Shown: positions 48,690 to 58,498, counted from the first letter of the stretch. The stretch: DNA of 64,000 nucleotides from an uncultured cyanobacterium (GCA_963718615.1 OY970368.1:768001-832000); one strand, 5' to 3'. The notes: generated from the sequence alone by a model not told the origin. Made by a program: numbers and translations.

Positions 48690-49715
48690 TTGGGAAAAAT
48701 CATTATGGGGTCTTGCAAGTTTTGTAGAGGGACGAAGACGCAGTCGGTTGCGATGCAGGTTATGGGTCTTGGTGCGATCGCCCTCCTCCTCACCAGTTGC
48801 GCCAGCGCCTTGCAATCTGAATCCAACCCAGCGACTCCAAGCTCCCCTAAACTTCCCAAGGTTGTCGCCACCAGCACGATCATCGCTGACCTCACCGAAA
48901 CCATCGCTGGGGATGAAGTCGAAGTCGTAGGTTTGTTGCGGCCTGGGGATGACCCCCACATTTATGAGCCCGTACCCGAGAATATCAAGGACCTAGAAAC
49001 GGCGGATTTAATTCTCTACAACGGCTTTGATCTGGAACCCGCGCTGATTCGGCTGCTCACCTCAGCGGGGCAATCAGCGGAACAACTGGCCGTCGGCGAA
49101 GTGGTTCAGCCCCTGGATTTGGAGAAAGCAGGGCAAAAGCAGCCAGATCCCCATGTGTGGGGGGATGCGGAGAATGCGATCGCCATGACCCAAGTCATCC
49201 GCGATGCCCTCACCCAGCTCTCGCCAGAAGATCAAGCCTTGTTTGCAGCCAATGCCGCCCAGTTGACTCAGAAACTGGAAACCCTCGATCGCTGGATCAT
49301 CAGCCAAATTCAAACCATCCCCCCCAGTCAGCGCAAACTCGTCACCACCCACGATGCCTTCCAGTACTATGCTCGTGCCTATGGCCTAGAGATGCTGGGC
49401 ACGCTCATCGGGATCAGCACCGAAGAACAGCCCAGTGTCCAAACTGTTCAGCAGCTTGTCCAGGCGATTCGTACGGCCCAGATCCGGGCCATTTTTGCTG
49501 AAACGACGATTAATCCCCAACTGATTCGCACCGTTGCCACGGAAGCTGGCGTGAAGCTTGCGCCAGAGCCGCTTTACTCCGATTCCATTGGCGTTCCCGG
49601 CAGTTCTGGGGATTCTTACCTGAAGATGATGGAGGCTAATACGCGGTCCATTGTGGAAGCCTTGGGGGGGAAATTTACGGCCTTTGAGGTGAAGTCTGGT
49701 GATGAAGGCCGGTGA
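48690..49715 (+). CDS. Mn/Zn ABC transporter substrate-binding lipoprotein (TroA/MntC-like)
   Basis: Lipobox LTSC, DPHIYEP, DPHVW, HDAFQY, YSDS. True start is probably downstream. Confidence 0.93.
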   Translation: MGKIIMGSCKFCRGTKTQSVAMQVMGLGAIALLLTSCASALQSESNPATPSSPKLPKVVATSTIIADLTETIAGDEVEVVGLLRPGDDPHIYEPVPENIKDLETADLILYNGFDLEPALIRLLTSAGQSAEQLAVGEVVQPLDLEKAGQKQPDPHVWGDAENAIAMTQVIRDALTQLSPEDQALFAANAAQLTQKLETLDRWIISQIQTIPPSQRKLVTTHDAFQYYARAYGLEMLGTLIGISTEEQPSVQTVQQLVQAIRTAQIRAIFAETTINPQLIRTVATEAGVKLAPEPLYSDSIGVPGSSGDSYLKMMEANTRSIVEALGGKFTAFEVKSGDEGR

Positions 49716-49849
49716 CCGGCTAGCCAATTAACGGCGGTCTGGGGGCGATCGCTCGATGATTAAACGACGATGATGGGGCCAAGCCTTGCGCGGAGGTGAT
49801 CGGCCGATTGTTATAATGGCTTTAATCTCAGATTCCGAATAGTCGCTCC

Positions 49850-50131
49850 ATGAATCTTCCGACAAGCCTCCAAGCTGCGATCAATCAATGGGCGGAGACC
49901 CAAGGGATTTCGCCGGATGCTCTTTTGGCGCAGGCTGTCATAGAAAAGCTCAACCGTCTACAACAAACCTACAAGCCCGAGCAGTCGGCTTCCGCTTTAG
50001 CTGATTCCAGACGCCTACGCCGCAAAAATAAGGTTTTGATTCTAGAAACTGACTCTGACCCCGCGATCGATATCAATGCTTGGATCGAACAACTCCGCGA
50101 AGAACGGATTCAGGAGCAGATGGCGTTGTGA
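49850..50131 (+). CDS. Putative antitoxin
   Basis: RHH-like N-terminus and IEQLREER C-terminus; overlaps the PIN gene (GTGA). Confidence 0.65.
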   Translation: MNLPTSLQAAINQWAETQGISPDALLAQAVIEKLNRLQQTYKPEQSASALADSRRLRRKNKVLILETDSDPAIDINAWIEQLREERIQEQMAL

Positions 50132-50386
50132 GGGTTTTGTTCGATACTTCAGTCGTTTTTGCGGCTTTGATTTCCAGTCACTCAATGTGTCACGCTAACG
50201 CCCGATATCTATCGATTGGCGATCGTCCAAATGGTGCAGCTTGACCTACCGGGGGGTGGCATTTTCGATACATTAATTGCCCAAGCTGCCTTAGAAATCA
50301 ATGCCAGCCAACTGCTCACGCTCAATCCCAAACATTTCACCCGTATCAGTCCGACGGTTGCGAATCTGGTCAAGGTGCCGAGCTGA
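50128..50386 (+). pseudogene. PIN/VapC toxin, internally deleted and frameshifted
   Basis: MRVLFDTSVV..., then in another frame GGGIFDTLIAQAA...LLTLNPKHF; span 259 nt. Confidence 0.85.
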
Positions 50387-50393
50387 GCTGTTG

Positions 50394-50426
50394 GGCGTAG
50401 GGAGAGCACACCCAAGTGCCTACGCC
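50394..50426. repeat. GTAG-type REP-like hairpin
   Basis: GGCGTAGG...GCAC-N6-GTGC..CCTACGCC; contains the stop codon of the CHAT-STAND gene. Confidence 0.55.
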
Positions 50427-53400
50427 GACAACCGCCGCAAAATCTCTCCCACAATTAACGAATCCCGAAAATCCAATTCCTCACACAATTCATCCTCATC
50501 CCGTGCCCCGGCCCAAATCCGCTGAATCGCCGTGGCTAAGGCTGGAACTTTCGATAACGCGGCCTCTACCTGTGGACGAACTTCGGCATCACTCATCGCC
50601 ACAACCACACCTTGAATGAATCCTTCATTCTGCTTCAACATCTGCTGCGACCCCGCAAAGGCGGCGTAGGACTGGCGGGACTGCCGACGGTAAGCCTGGG
50701 CTTTGGCGGCTTCGCCCTGCTGGGTGGCAATCTGGGCGAGGAGTTCGTAGGTTTTCCAAATCTCAGCGGCGGCGGGGTCTAGGGTTTGCTTGAGCGTGAG
50801 GGCTTCTTCGGCGAGTCGTTGGGCTTCGGGGAGGTTGCCTTGGGTTTGCAGCAGGTCGGCGAGGTTGCTGAGTGATCGCGATGTTTGCACAATATCCCCA
50901 ACCGCTTTGCTAGCCTCGATCGCCTTCCGATACCAAGCCTCTGCCTCCTTGGGTTTCCCGGAGTTTTGACAGACGATCGCCAACTGATTCCAAATCGCGG
51001 CGGCTCCGTTATTCCCAGCAATCAGTCCTTGGGTTTCTTTGATTTGCGACGCTCTTCGATATGCATTTTCTGCCTGCTCCCATGATTTTGCTTCTTGATA
51101 TACCCACCCAAGGCCATGCCACGAGGCCGACTCCTGCTCCGGTTCTTCGAGGGTGCAGAAGGTGGTGAGGGCCGATTGGTAGCGCGTTTCGGCTTCGGCG
51201 AGGTTGCCTTCGAGCATCGCGAGGGTGCCGAGTTGGCCGTTGGAAACAGCCGCCCCGCGTTCATCATTCAGTTCTTGGTCGATCGCCAAACTCACCTCAT
51301 AAGCCTGCCGCGCCGCCCCATAGTCCCCCACAGCCCTCAGCACATCCGCCAAATCCGCCTGCGTTGCGCCCATCTGCCGCTTTACCCCATCACTCGGCTC
51401 CAACTGCCCCAGTTCTGCCAATGCCTGACGGTACAGCACCGCCGCCTGCGCCGGTTGCCCCATTGCCTCCCAGCAGCGTCCCAGTCTGCCCAAGGTAAGA
51501 CACCGCTCATAGCTCGTCCGGTTCCCCCCTTCTGAAGGGGGGCTAGGGGGGATCACCAACCCCGCCAAAATCTCCTCAAAAATCACCTTCGCCTGCTGCG
51601 GCTGCCCCGACTGATACAATCGCTCCCCCGCATTCGTCCGCGCCAGATACCAAGCTTGGGAACCCACCGCCACCGACTGCGCCGCCCGCGCCGCCCGATC
51701 GGTCAGATCCACCCGGTCCCCATTCATCCCAAAGAAATTCAGGAACCAATTCACCTTGTCCACAAAGTCCACCGCCCAGTCTTCCCCCTCGGCGAGTGCC
51801 CCCCGCACCGCCACCAGCAGATTCGGCAGTTCCCGCTGGGCGATGGCACGCGCCGCATAGGGATTCTTATCATCCTCCTGGTACAACCACCCCGACAGCG
51901 CATAGTACCGCTCCCGATGCCGCCGTTGCAGCGCCTCCTGCTCCCCCTCCTCCAGGCTGGCCCACAGCACCCGCGCCAACGTCGGATGAAACTTCAAAAA
52001 CGGCACCCCCACGCCGACATTTTCCAAACCCTCCGCCCTCACCAGCCCCGCCGATTCCAACTGTCGCCGCAACGGCTGCCACTGCTTCGCTGTGAACTCT
52101 GTAATGTCGAGTAAAACATTCTCAAACGCCCCACCCTCAAACACCCCCAACCGCCCCACCAACGCCCTCGCCCCCCCATCCAGCCGCTCCAGCGACAAAT
52201 TCAACGACGCCACCAAACTCCGATCCTTCCCCTGCCCCTCCGGCACCTCCCCCAGCAACCGATCCAACGCCTGGATCACATCCACAATCCCCCGACTGCG
52301 CAACTGCTCCGCCACCAGCGCGATCGACAGCGGATGAAAATCCACCATCCCAAACAACTCAATCAACGCCTTCCTGGCAGGCAACCTGTCCGGTTGCGGC
52401 GGCACCGCCATCAACGCCTGAAAATAATCGATCGCATCATCCGGGTAAGCCACCGTCCCCAACCCCGTCAGCGCCATCAACTGATGCTCATAACCCGATC
52501 GGCCATACCGCCCATGCCCCAAATCATCCTGCCGCGTCGTAATCAGCACCCGACTCTGCCCCGCCTCCGACCAAGCCACTGCCTGCCCCAGCAACGCCTG
52601 CCCCGCCTCCCGCGACAAATCCTCCAAATTATCCAAAATCACCAACACCCGCCGCCGCGCCAGCTCCCTCGTCACCGCATCGGCATCAATCAAATTCGTA
52701 TTTAAATCCCGCGCTAGCGTACTCACCGCCACCGCCACCGCATCCTGCCCCTGAAACGCCGCATAATCCACAAACACCGCCGACTCAAACAGCCCCGTCC
52801 GCACCAACCACCGCCCCGCCTCCGCCGCCAGCGCCGTCTTCCCCTGCCCCCCAAACCCCGCGATCGTCAACCGCCGCGTCTCCTTCCTAGGTTCTGTCGG
52901 ATTCGGCGTAAACGCCCGCTCGATTTGCCACAACTCCCGCCGCCGCCCAAAGAACCCCGCGATCGGCTCCGGTAGGGGCGCGCTTTCCGCGCCCGGTCCC
53001 GCGCCCGGTTCGGCCACCGATCGCGCCTCCCCACCCACCAACACCATCCCCACATCCGCCCCCGACTGATACAGCGTCGGCACAAACCAATCCTCCAACC
53101 GCATCACAATCCGTTCTTGGCCCCGCGATCGTTCCCCCCGATCCTGATTCACCATCAACGATCGCCGCGCATTATCCAACGACTCCCCAATCCCCTTCCC
53201 CCGCACCAACTCCCCATAAAACGCCCCAAACAACATCTCCGTCGTCTTCACCAGCACCGAATAGCTCATCGCCAACACCGACGGCACCCCCGTTTGGGTC
53301 AATCTTGCCGCCACCGAACCGATCGCCCCCGTCTCGCCCTCTTCCTGGCTCTCCTGCCCATACATCGCCGACTGACAAGCCGACAGCACCACCAAACCCA

Positions 53401-54262
53401 AACCCTGTTGATTCAACAACTCACCTAACCGCTCCGCCGACACCAAATCCTTGTGGCCATCCGCCGCCTCAAACAGCAGATAGCCCATATTCTTACCCTC
53501 ACCCTTCAGGTGAGCGCTCTCCCCCGCCTTCCCCGCCAGCGTCCCCGACGCATCGAACACTCCATGCCCATCAAAATGCACAATATCCACCCTGGGCTGC
53601 GCGTCATCCTCCAGCCGCGCCGTCAGCCCTGCCAACGTCCCCGGACGCAAAAACTCCACCACAATCCGTCCCGCACCATGGCGATCGACTGCATCCAGCA
53701 CCGCCCGCGACTCCCCAAACGGATCAATAAACCCCGCATCCGTCGGACGGCTCACCACCATCAGCACCCGCAACGCATCCTTCGGCTTAAACTTCTTCAG
53801 CTTGCGGCCTTTTTTGAGCTGCGACAAATTCCGCCGCACCGAAATCCTCGGTTTTTCGTTGAAAATATAGGCCCCACCCGGCTGATGCAACAGCTCCCAA
53901 GGCAACGCCAAAATCTCCGGCCTCACCGACTGCACCGTCACTAACCGTCCCGGCTCATCATCCGCATCCAGAAATTGATCAAACAACCGAATCGCCGATC
54001 GATCCACAAACGCCGCCTCAAACAGCCGCGTCCCAAGCTTTTTCAAACCGACCGCAATTCTATTTGCCGAATCGTCATCCTCATCCGCCGTATACTGCGC
54101 CCCATAGGTCTCCAAATACCAGCGCACATCCCGAAGCTCTGCCGCCGTAATCGGATTCTCGAAATTGATCGGACTCGAATTCTCACCATCAAACGTGACG
54201 GTCAACTGATTCGCATCGGAAAAATTCAGCAGCAACTCTAGAGGCATTGGAATCCAATCCAA
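50420..54262 (-). CDS. CHAT protease - STAND (NB-ARC-like) NTPase - TPR protein (bacterial NLR-like)
   Basis: LPWELL, HFDGHG, LSACQS, FFGRRREL, Walker A GFGGQGKT, Walker B VILDNLE, HPLSI, FHP, about 8 TPRs. Confidence 0.93.
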   Translation of the reverse strand: MDWIPMPLELLLNFSDANQLTVTFDGENSSPINFENPITAAELRDVRWYLETYGAQYTADEDDDSANRIAVGLKKLGTRLFEAAFVDRSAIRLFDQFLDADDEPGRLVTVQSVRPEILALPWELLHQPGGAYIFNEKPRISVRRNLSQLKKGRKLKKFKPKDALRVLMVVSRPTDAGFIDPFGESRAVLDAVDRHGAGRIVVEFLRPGTLAGLTARLEDDAQPRVDIVHFDGHGVFDASGTLAGKAGESAHLKGEGKNMGYLLFEAADGHKDLVSAERLGELLNQQGLGLVVLSACQSAMYGQESQEEGETGAIGSVAARLTQTGVPSVLAMSYSVLVKTTEMLFGAFYGELVRGKGIGESLDNARRSLMVNQDRGERSRGQERIVMRLEDWFVPTLYQSGADVGMVLVGGEARSVAEPGAGPGAESAPLPEPIAGFFGRRRELWQIERAFTPNPTEPRKETRRLTIAGFGGQGKTALAAEAGRWLVRTGLFESAVFVDYAAFQGQDAVAVAVSTLARDLNTNLIDADAVTRELARRRVLVILDNLEDLSREAGQALLGQAVAWSEAGQSRVLITTRQDDLGHGRYGRSGYEHQLMALTGLGTVAYPDDAIDYFQALMAVPPQPDRLPARKALIELFGMVDFHPLSIALVAEQLRSRGIVDVIQALDRLLGEVPEGQGKDRSLVASLNLSLERLDGGARALVGRLGVFEGGAFENVLLDITEFTAKQWQPLRRQLESAGLVRAEGLENVGVGVPFLKFHPTLARVLWASLEEGEQEALQRRHRERYYALSGWLYQEDDKNPYAARAIAQRELPNLLVAVRGALAEGEDWAVDFVDKVNWFLNFFGMNGDRVDLTDRAARAAQSVAVGSQAWYLARTNAGERLYQSGQPQQAKVIFEEILAGLVIPPSPPSEGGNRTSYERCLTLGRLGRCWEAMGQPAQAAVLYRQALAELGQLEPSDGVKRQMGATQADLADVLRAVGDYGAARQAYEVSLAIDQELNDERGAAVSNGQLGTLAMLEGNLAEAETRYQSALTTFCTLEEPEQESASWHGLGWVYQEAKSWEQAENAYRRASQIKETQGLIAGNNGAAAIWNQLAIVCQNSGKPKEAEAWYRKAIEASKAVGDIVQTSRSLSNLADLLQTQGNLPEAQRLAEEALTLKQTLDPAAAEIWKTYELLAQIATQQGEAAKAQAYRRQSRQSYAAFAGSQQMLKQNEGFIQGVVVAMSDAEVRPQVEAALSKVPALATAIQRIWAGARDEDELCEELDFRDSLIVGEILRRLSA
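51523..51554. repeat. Cyanobacterial small dispersed palindromic repeat inside a CDS
   Basis: TCCCCCCTTCTGAAGGGGGGCTAGGGGGGATC, read as IPPSPPSEGG between TPR helices. Confidence 0.7.
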
Positions 54263-54291
54263 ATAGACGTTTCAAATCAATGCGAGTTAAC

Positions 54292-54378
54292 CGTAGGTTG
54301 GGTTGAAGCATGAAACCCAACGAGCAAAAGCCTTAAGCCCTGGCTTTGTCGGGTTTCGTTGGCTCAACCCGACCTACG
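54292..54378. repeat. REPIN-like inverted REP doublet
   Basis: CGTAGGTTGGGTTGA..GAAACCCAAC ... GTCGGGTTTC..TCAACCCGACCTACG. Confidence 0.85.
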
Positions 54379-54841
54379 CATCCCGCTCGGCAGCATCCTC
54401 ATCTGCGCCGCAGCCATACTCCTCACAAAACGTCCGCAGCCCCAAATGCACCACAATCACCGCCACCGGCACCACCAGAATCGGCACATTCACAATCCCC
54501 AACCCCGCCAAAGCACCCGCCACCACCTGCACCGTGCTAGAGCTACTCAAATCCTGATACTGCTTCCACTGCTGATTCAGCAGCCCCCCCTCCTCACAAA
54601 TATCCCGCCGCGTCACCCGGCCAAACTTGCGCAAAAAATTATCCGTCGGCTCCTGCACTTCCTGCGCCACCAGTTGCCACTGCATCTCCAGCTCCAACCG
54701 TTTGCGAGCCAACTCGTCCTCTGCACCCTTACTCACCCGCAGCTGCACCGTCCGCACCGCCTGCAACTGGGCATCCACCTGCTGGGTCAACTGGTCAATT
54801 TCCGCCGCGCCCAATTCCACGCTGAATCCAGACTCCGCCAT
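54374..54841 (-). CDS. Hypothetical helical protein with a C-terminal hydrophobic hairpin
   Basis: 155 aa; same strand and same G-rich codon style as the downstream CHAT-STAND-TPR gene. Confidence 0.8.
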   Translation of the reverse strand: MAESGFSVELGAAEIDQLTQQVDAQLQAVRTVQLRVSKGAEDELARKRLELEMQWQLVAQEVQEPTDNFLRKFGRVTRRDICEEGGLLNQQWKQYQDLSSSSTVQVVAGALAGLGIVNVPILVVPVAVIVVHLGLRTFCEEYGCGADEDAAERDA

Positions 54842-54965
54842 CTTCCCTAGCTCCTGCCGTCTCGTATTGTCATCCTGTGATTTCTCCGACGGTAACCCAC
54901 ACGCTTAGGTTGCGACCAGAGGGAGAAAACCCTAAAAACAATCGGCACCAGAGATAAGGTCAAGC

Positions 54966-55463
54966 CTAATTCATCGCTTGATAATCCTCAGGACATTGCA
55001 GCAGCGTACCGATCGCCTTTCCTTCTGCCACCTCCACACTTCCTTTCGCCTGCGAGCGGCAAAGAAGGGACGTCGTTTTATCTTCGGACTTGGCCACCAC
55101 CCCCGCATAGCCCCGCAGCTCGGGATTGCGCGATCGCGCCTTATTGGTCACCAGTTTGCCATCCGCCGACGAGGCAACGTCATAGTCATAGAACCGACCC
55201 TGTCCTGGAATCCCTAACTCCAGATCTGCGAGGGACTGGGCGAACGCTTCGTAGACCGCATAATGGGCCTGTTGAGCTCGATTCATGGAGCCGACGAGGG
55301 TTTTACCTTCGGTTTCCTGGGCTTTGACTTTTTGGTTGAGGAAAGAGGGGAGGGCGATCGCCGACAAAATTCCCATCATGACGATCGTAATGAGGAGTTC
55401 CAGCAGGGTAAAACCCCGTTCGGCCTGGGGACAGCGGGAACGCAACAGCAGGAATAACAGCAC
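54966..55463 (-). CDS. Type IV pilin-like (Pilin_GH) protein
   Basis: G|FTLLELL, IALPSFLNQ, MNRAQQAHY, C-terminal Cys pair. Confidence 0.92.
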   Translation of the reverse strand: MLLFLLLRSRCPQAERGFTLLELLITIVMMGILSAIALPSFLNQKVKAQETEGKTLVGSMNRAQQAHYAVYEAFAQSLADLELGIPGQGRFYDYDVASSADGKLVTNKARSRNPELRGYAGVVAKSEDKTTSLLCRSQAKGSVEVAEGKAIGTLLQCPEDYQAMN

Positions 55464-55725
55464 TTTTCTCTCAATATTTCGGTTAGGTTGGGCTACCGAG
55501 ACCCATAGCTCTCTCGGTAGAGGACAGCACCCTGCAAGTCTGTCTGTTTTTACGCAGGTAGGGAATTCAAACCCGCATAGTTTGGAATAGACTTAAATCA
55601 AGGGAGCTGTTTTTGAACCCCATAAAAAATAAACTCAATTTTTCCGGATGCGGAAAGGATTCTGCGTAATCTAGAAGCGTTCAACGCTTCACCCCCAGTG
55701 ATTCGGTCACTAAATCAAGGGATGA

Positions 55726-56298
55726 CTAATTCAAGGGCCTATAGTTGCTGGGACAGACCAGAGCCCCCGCTACGACCGTTCCTTGGCCCACGGGGTCCAT
55801 TCCTGGATCATCCGCTTGACAGAGCACGGTACCAATGCGGCTGCCCTCTAGCAGTGAAACAACACCTGCATAGCCCCGTAGGTTCAAATCCCTCGGTTGG
55901 GCTTGATGGGTCACGACCTCGCCTGGCGCAATCTGGTAAATAAAAGCATTGGTCTGGGTGGGAATCCCTAAGGCCAACGCATTGAGATGGGTCGCAAAAC
56001 TCAAATTTGCCAGGTAGTAGGCCTGCTGGGCTCGGTTCATCGTGCCAATGTAGGTCTTGGCTTCGGATTCTTGGCTCTTGGCCCGTTGGTTCAAGAGGGA
56101 GGGGAGGGCGATTGCCGAGAGAATGCCCAAAATCACCATCGAAATCAGAAGCTCCAGCAGCGTAAATCCCGACGCTGTCGAAGGATGGACAGTGCGATCG
56201 CGAGGGTATGGCGGGTGAGGCGATCCTGCCGAGATGGGCGCAGCCCATTGCAAAATTTTCATGGTGGTCATCCGTCCTGCCTGTCTAACGGATTCCAC
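55726..56298 (-). CDS. Type IV pilin-like (Pilin_GH) protein, paralog
   Basis: G|FTLLELL, IALPSLLNQ, MNRAQQAYY, C-terminal Cys pair. Start uncertain. Confidence 0.9.
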   Translation of the reverse strand: MESVRQAGRMTTMKILQWAAPISAGSPHPPYPRDRTVHPSTASGFTLLELLISMVILGILSAIALPSLLNQRAKSQESEAKTYIGTMNRAQQAYYLANLSFATHLNALALGIPTQTNAFIYQIAPGEVVTHQAQPRDLNLRGYAGVVSLLEGSRIGTVLCQADDPGMDPVGQGTVVAGALVCPSNYRPLN

Positions 56299-56335
56299 CC
56301 CACACCGTCTCGATCCGGGATTTCTTTGATAGATC

Positions 56336-56644
56336 CTAGGAGCTTTGGGTGTCCGAGGGTTTGAGGAGGGCTTCTAAGCGTTCCTTGGACCAAGAATCAA
56401 TCGGATAGGAAAAGGCGACAATTTCCGAGAGCTTGATCAACCACACCGCCCGCTCACAGAGCGAGTTGGTGTCGCTTTCATCCACATAGAGGGAGAGAAT
56501 CTCGACAAACTCTCCATCCAAATGAACCGGAACGCCATAAAAACTGCTATTGGCCAAGCGAATCCGAACTTCGGTGCCCTGCTGTAATGCCTCTTGAAGC
56601 CGGTGGAAAAGCAGGTCAGAGATGCGAGCAGATTGTAGTGCCAT
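56336..56644 (-). CDS. Hypothetical protein (possible Sm-like beta fold)
   Basis: Helix followed by beta strands ending WLIKLSEIVAF. Confidence 0.6.
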   Translation of the reverse strand: MALQSARISDLLFHRLQEALQQGTEVRIRLANSSFYGVPVHLDGEFVEILSLYVDESDTNSLCERAVWLIKLSEIVAFSYPIDSWSKERLEALLKPSDTQSS

Positions 56645-56863
56645 AGCGATTTTTCCGTCGTAAAGATCACTTCTGCGTTTTTCTATGTTAGCGATGTTGG
56701 CGATGGATGTCTCAACTCGACCCGTCAATGTGGGCCGAATTTTGGGCCGAATGTTAAGGCGGTGGACGATTTTCCAGCTTTTTGGGGCAAGAGTGACCGC
56801 TCTAATGTTACAGGATGTAGTATTGAAAGGTAAACCCTGCTAGAAGGAGTGCAGAGACGTACC

Positions 56864-57280
56864 ATGATTGCCCCTGGAATAACCACGATCAAAAGAACAC
56901 CGACAACGGAAATGCAAGTTACGAGTATTCGCCTGGAAACGGATTTGAAGGAGCGACTACGGGCCTTGTCGGGGGTACAGGGGTATCAAAGTTTGATTCG
57001 AGAGATCCTTTGGGACTACGTAGAACGTCAGGAGCAGGGGCAGCGCGATGCGCTCAAGGCCGGGGGGGCACATCGCCTTTCTGCTTCAGAAATTCGGGCA
57101 ACCCTGCCGGCGATCGCCCAACAAGAAGAGTATTGTGCAGTGACGGGGGAGGTTATTTCGGCGCGATCGCCCATGCTCCTAGGACTAACCGCGTCGGGAC
57201 AATTGGTGCCCCTGTCCGAATCTTTAGCACCTGAATCTTTAGCGCCTGAATCTTTAGTGCCCGAGTCTTCTTCATGCTGA
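56864..57280 (+). CDS. Ribbon-helix-helix domain protein
   Basis: TSIRLETDLKERL...GYQSLIREILWDYV. Confidence 0.8.
   Translation: MIAPGITTIKRTPTTEMQVTSIRLETDLKERLRALSGVQGYQSLIREILWDYVERQEQGQRDALKAGGAHRLSASEIRATLPAIAQQEEYCAVTGEVISARSPMLLGLTASGQLVPLSESLAPESLAPESLVPESSSC
57218..57262 (+). repeat. 15-bp coding tandem repeat x3 (ESLAP)
   Basis: GAATCTTTAGYRCCY repeated. Confidence 0.9.
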
Positions 57281-57762
57281 AGTTTCAGCGTAGCATTCAG
57301 ATCAATGCCCCCGTCGAAACCGTTTGGGCCTTTCATGAGCGGGCCGATATCCTGAATATTCTGACTCCCCCCTGGCAGCCGGTGCAGGTTTTGTGGCGAG
57401 AGGGGGGACTTGGGGTTGGGACCAGCTCAGCCTTTCGGCTGTGGCTTGGCCCGCTGCCGGTCCTGTGGCTGGCTCAGCATGTGGAATGCGAGCCGGATCG
57501 CCTTTTTGCGGATCTTCAAACCCAAGGCCCGATGGCCCATTGGCTCCATCGCCACCGCTTTGAGCCGCTTGCTGCCTCAAACCTAGGTCCCGCCCAAATG
57601 CGTTTGACCGATGAAATTGAATATGCCTTACCGGCAGGGGACTGGACAGAGCCGTTGCTCAAAACTTGGGTGAGCGCCCGACTGGGAGATATGTTTGCCT
57701 ACCGGCATCGGGTGACGAAGCTAGCCTGCGAGCGTCTGGAATCCTGCGGATCCTCAGGCTAG
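57274..57762 (+). CDS. SRPBCC family protein
   Basis: INAPVETVWAFH, LTPPW, GPMAHWLHRH, MFAYRH. Confidence 0.9.
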   Translation: MLKFQRSIQINAPVETVWAFHERADILNILTPPWQPVQVLWREGGLGVGTSSAFRLWLGPLPVLWLAQHVECEPDRLFADLQTQGPMAHWLHRHRFEPLAASNLGPAQMRLTDEIEYALPAGDWTEPLLKTWVSARLGDMFAYRHRVTKLACERLESCGSSG

Positions 57763-57928
57763 GGAAAATTCGTAGCCATTCGTCTCGGAATATTCCGGGT
57801 TCAGCGAAAACACGCAGAAAACTACAGTGAGAACCGCAGATCTCATTAGATCTCAATTTAGAACTTAGTAGAACTCGGCTCACTCAGTGTGCAGGCAACT
57901 GAATCCCTATGCAATCTTCTGCGTAAGT

Positions 57929-58498
57929 ATGGTTTTTGAGACCCAAACCCTCGTTCAGAGGGAAACTCAGCCCCGAGGACTGGCTGAACAGGACTGTGCC
58001 GTTAATCGGATGGCGACGGAGCTCCGTCGTATTCGGGCCATTACGATTTTTTTGGCCAAAGGCGTGATGCGGATGCAAAAGGCCCGTCGGGAGGCGATCG
58101 CCCTGTCCCCCCACGACTGCAAGCAATACCTGACCTGGGACTTTCCGGTTATTCAAGGCCCCAATGCCGAAAGCACCATCGAACGGTTTGCCAAGTTATC
58201 GGATCCGGAGGCCGAGCGTTCTGAATCTCGGTATTTGGGCAAAGCTGGCAGCCGGGAAAGCAAAGGCTGGATTCCGGTGGAATACCGCTATCCTGGTTCT
58301 CAGCCCTATACCTGGTCTCGTAGCGTGCTGGTGTTGTTGAATACTGGCGGAATGGCGATTAGCAGCTATTTTGACCACCCCAATCAGGAGGGGCAGTGGC
58401 TTGGCCTTGACACAGGCATGGGCCAGGTCACCCATTGGCATGAGCTGCCGCCGCTACCCAGGCGCGGGGATCCCCTAGAGGAGGTGATTTGGATTTAG
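57929..58498 (+). CDS. Hypothetical protein with C-terminal DUF551-like domain
   Basis: WIPVEYRYP...VLV...VTHWHELPPLP. Confidence 0.65.
   Translation: MVFETQTLVQRETQPRGLAEQDCAVNRMATELRRIRAITIFLAKGVMRMQKARREAIALSPHDCKQYLTWDFPVIQGPNAESTIERFAKLSDPEAERSESRYLGKAGSRESKGWIPVEYRYPGSQPYTWSRSVLVLLNTGGMAISSYFDHPNQEGQWLGLDTGMGQVTHWHELPPLPRRGDPLEEVIWI

Noticed and set aside
50400-54900. Many Pro/His/Arg-rich plus-strand ORFs
   Set aside because: Shadow frames of the G-rich minus-strand genes; the same applies to most short overlapping ORFs in the track.
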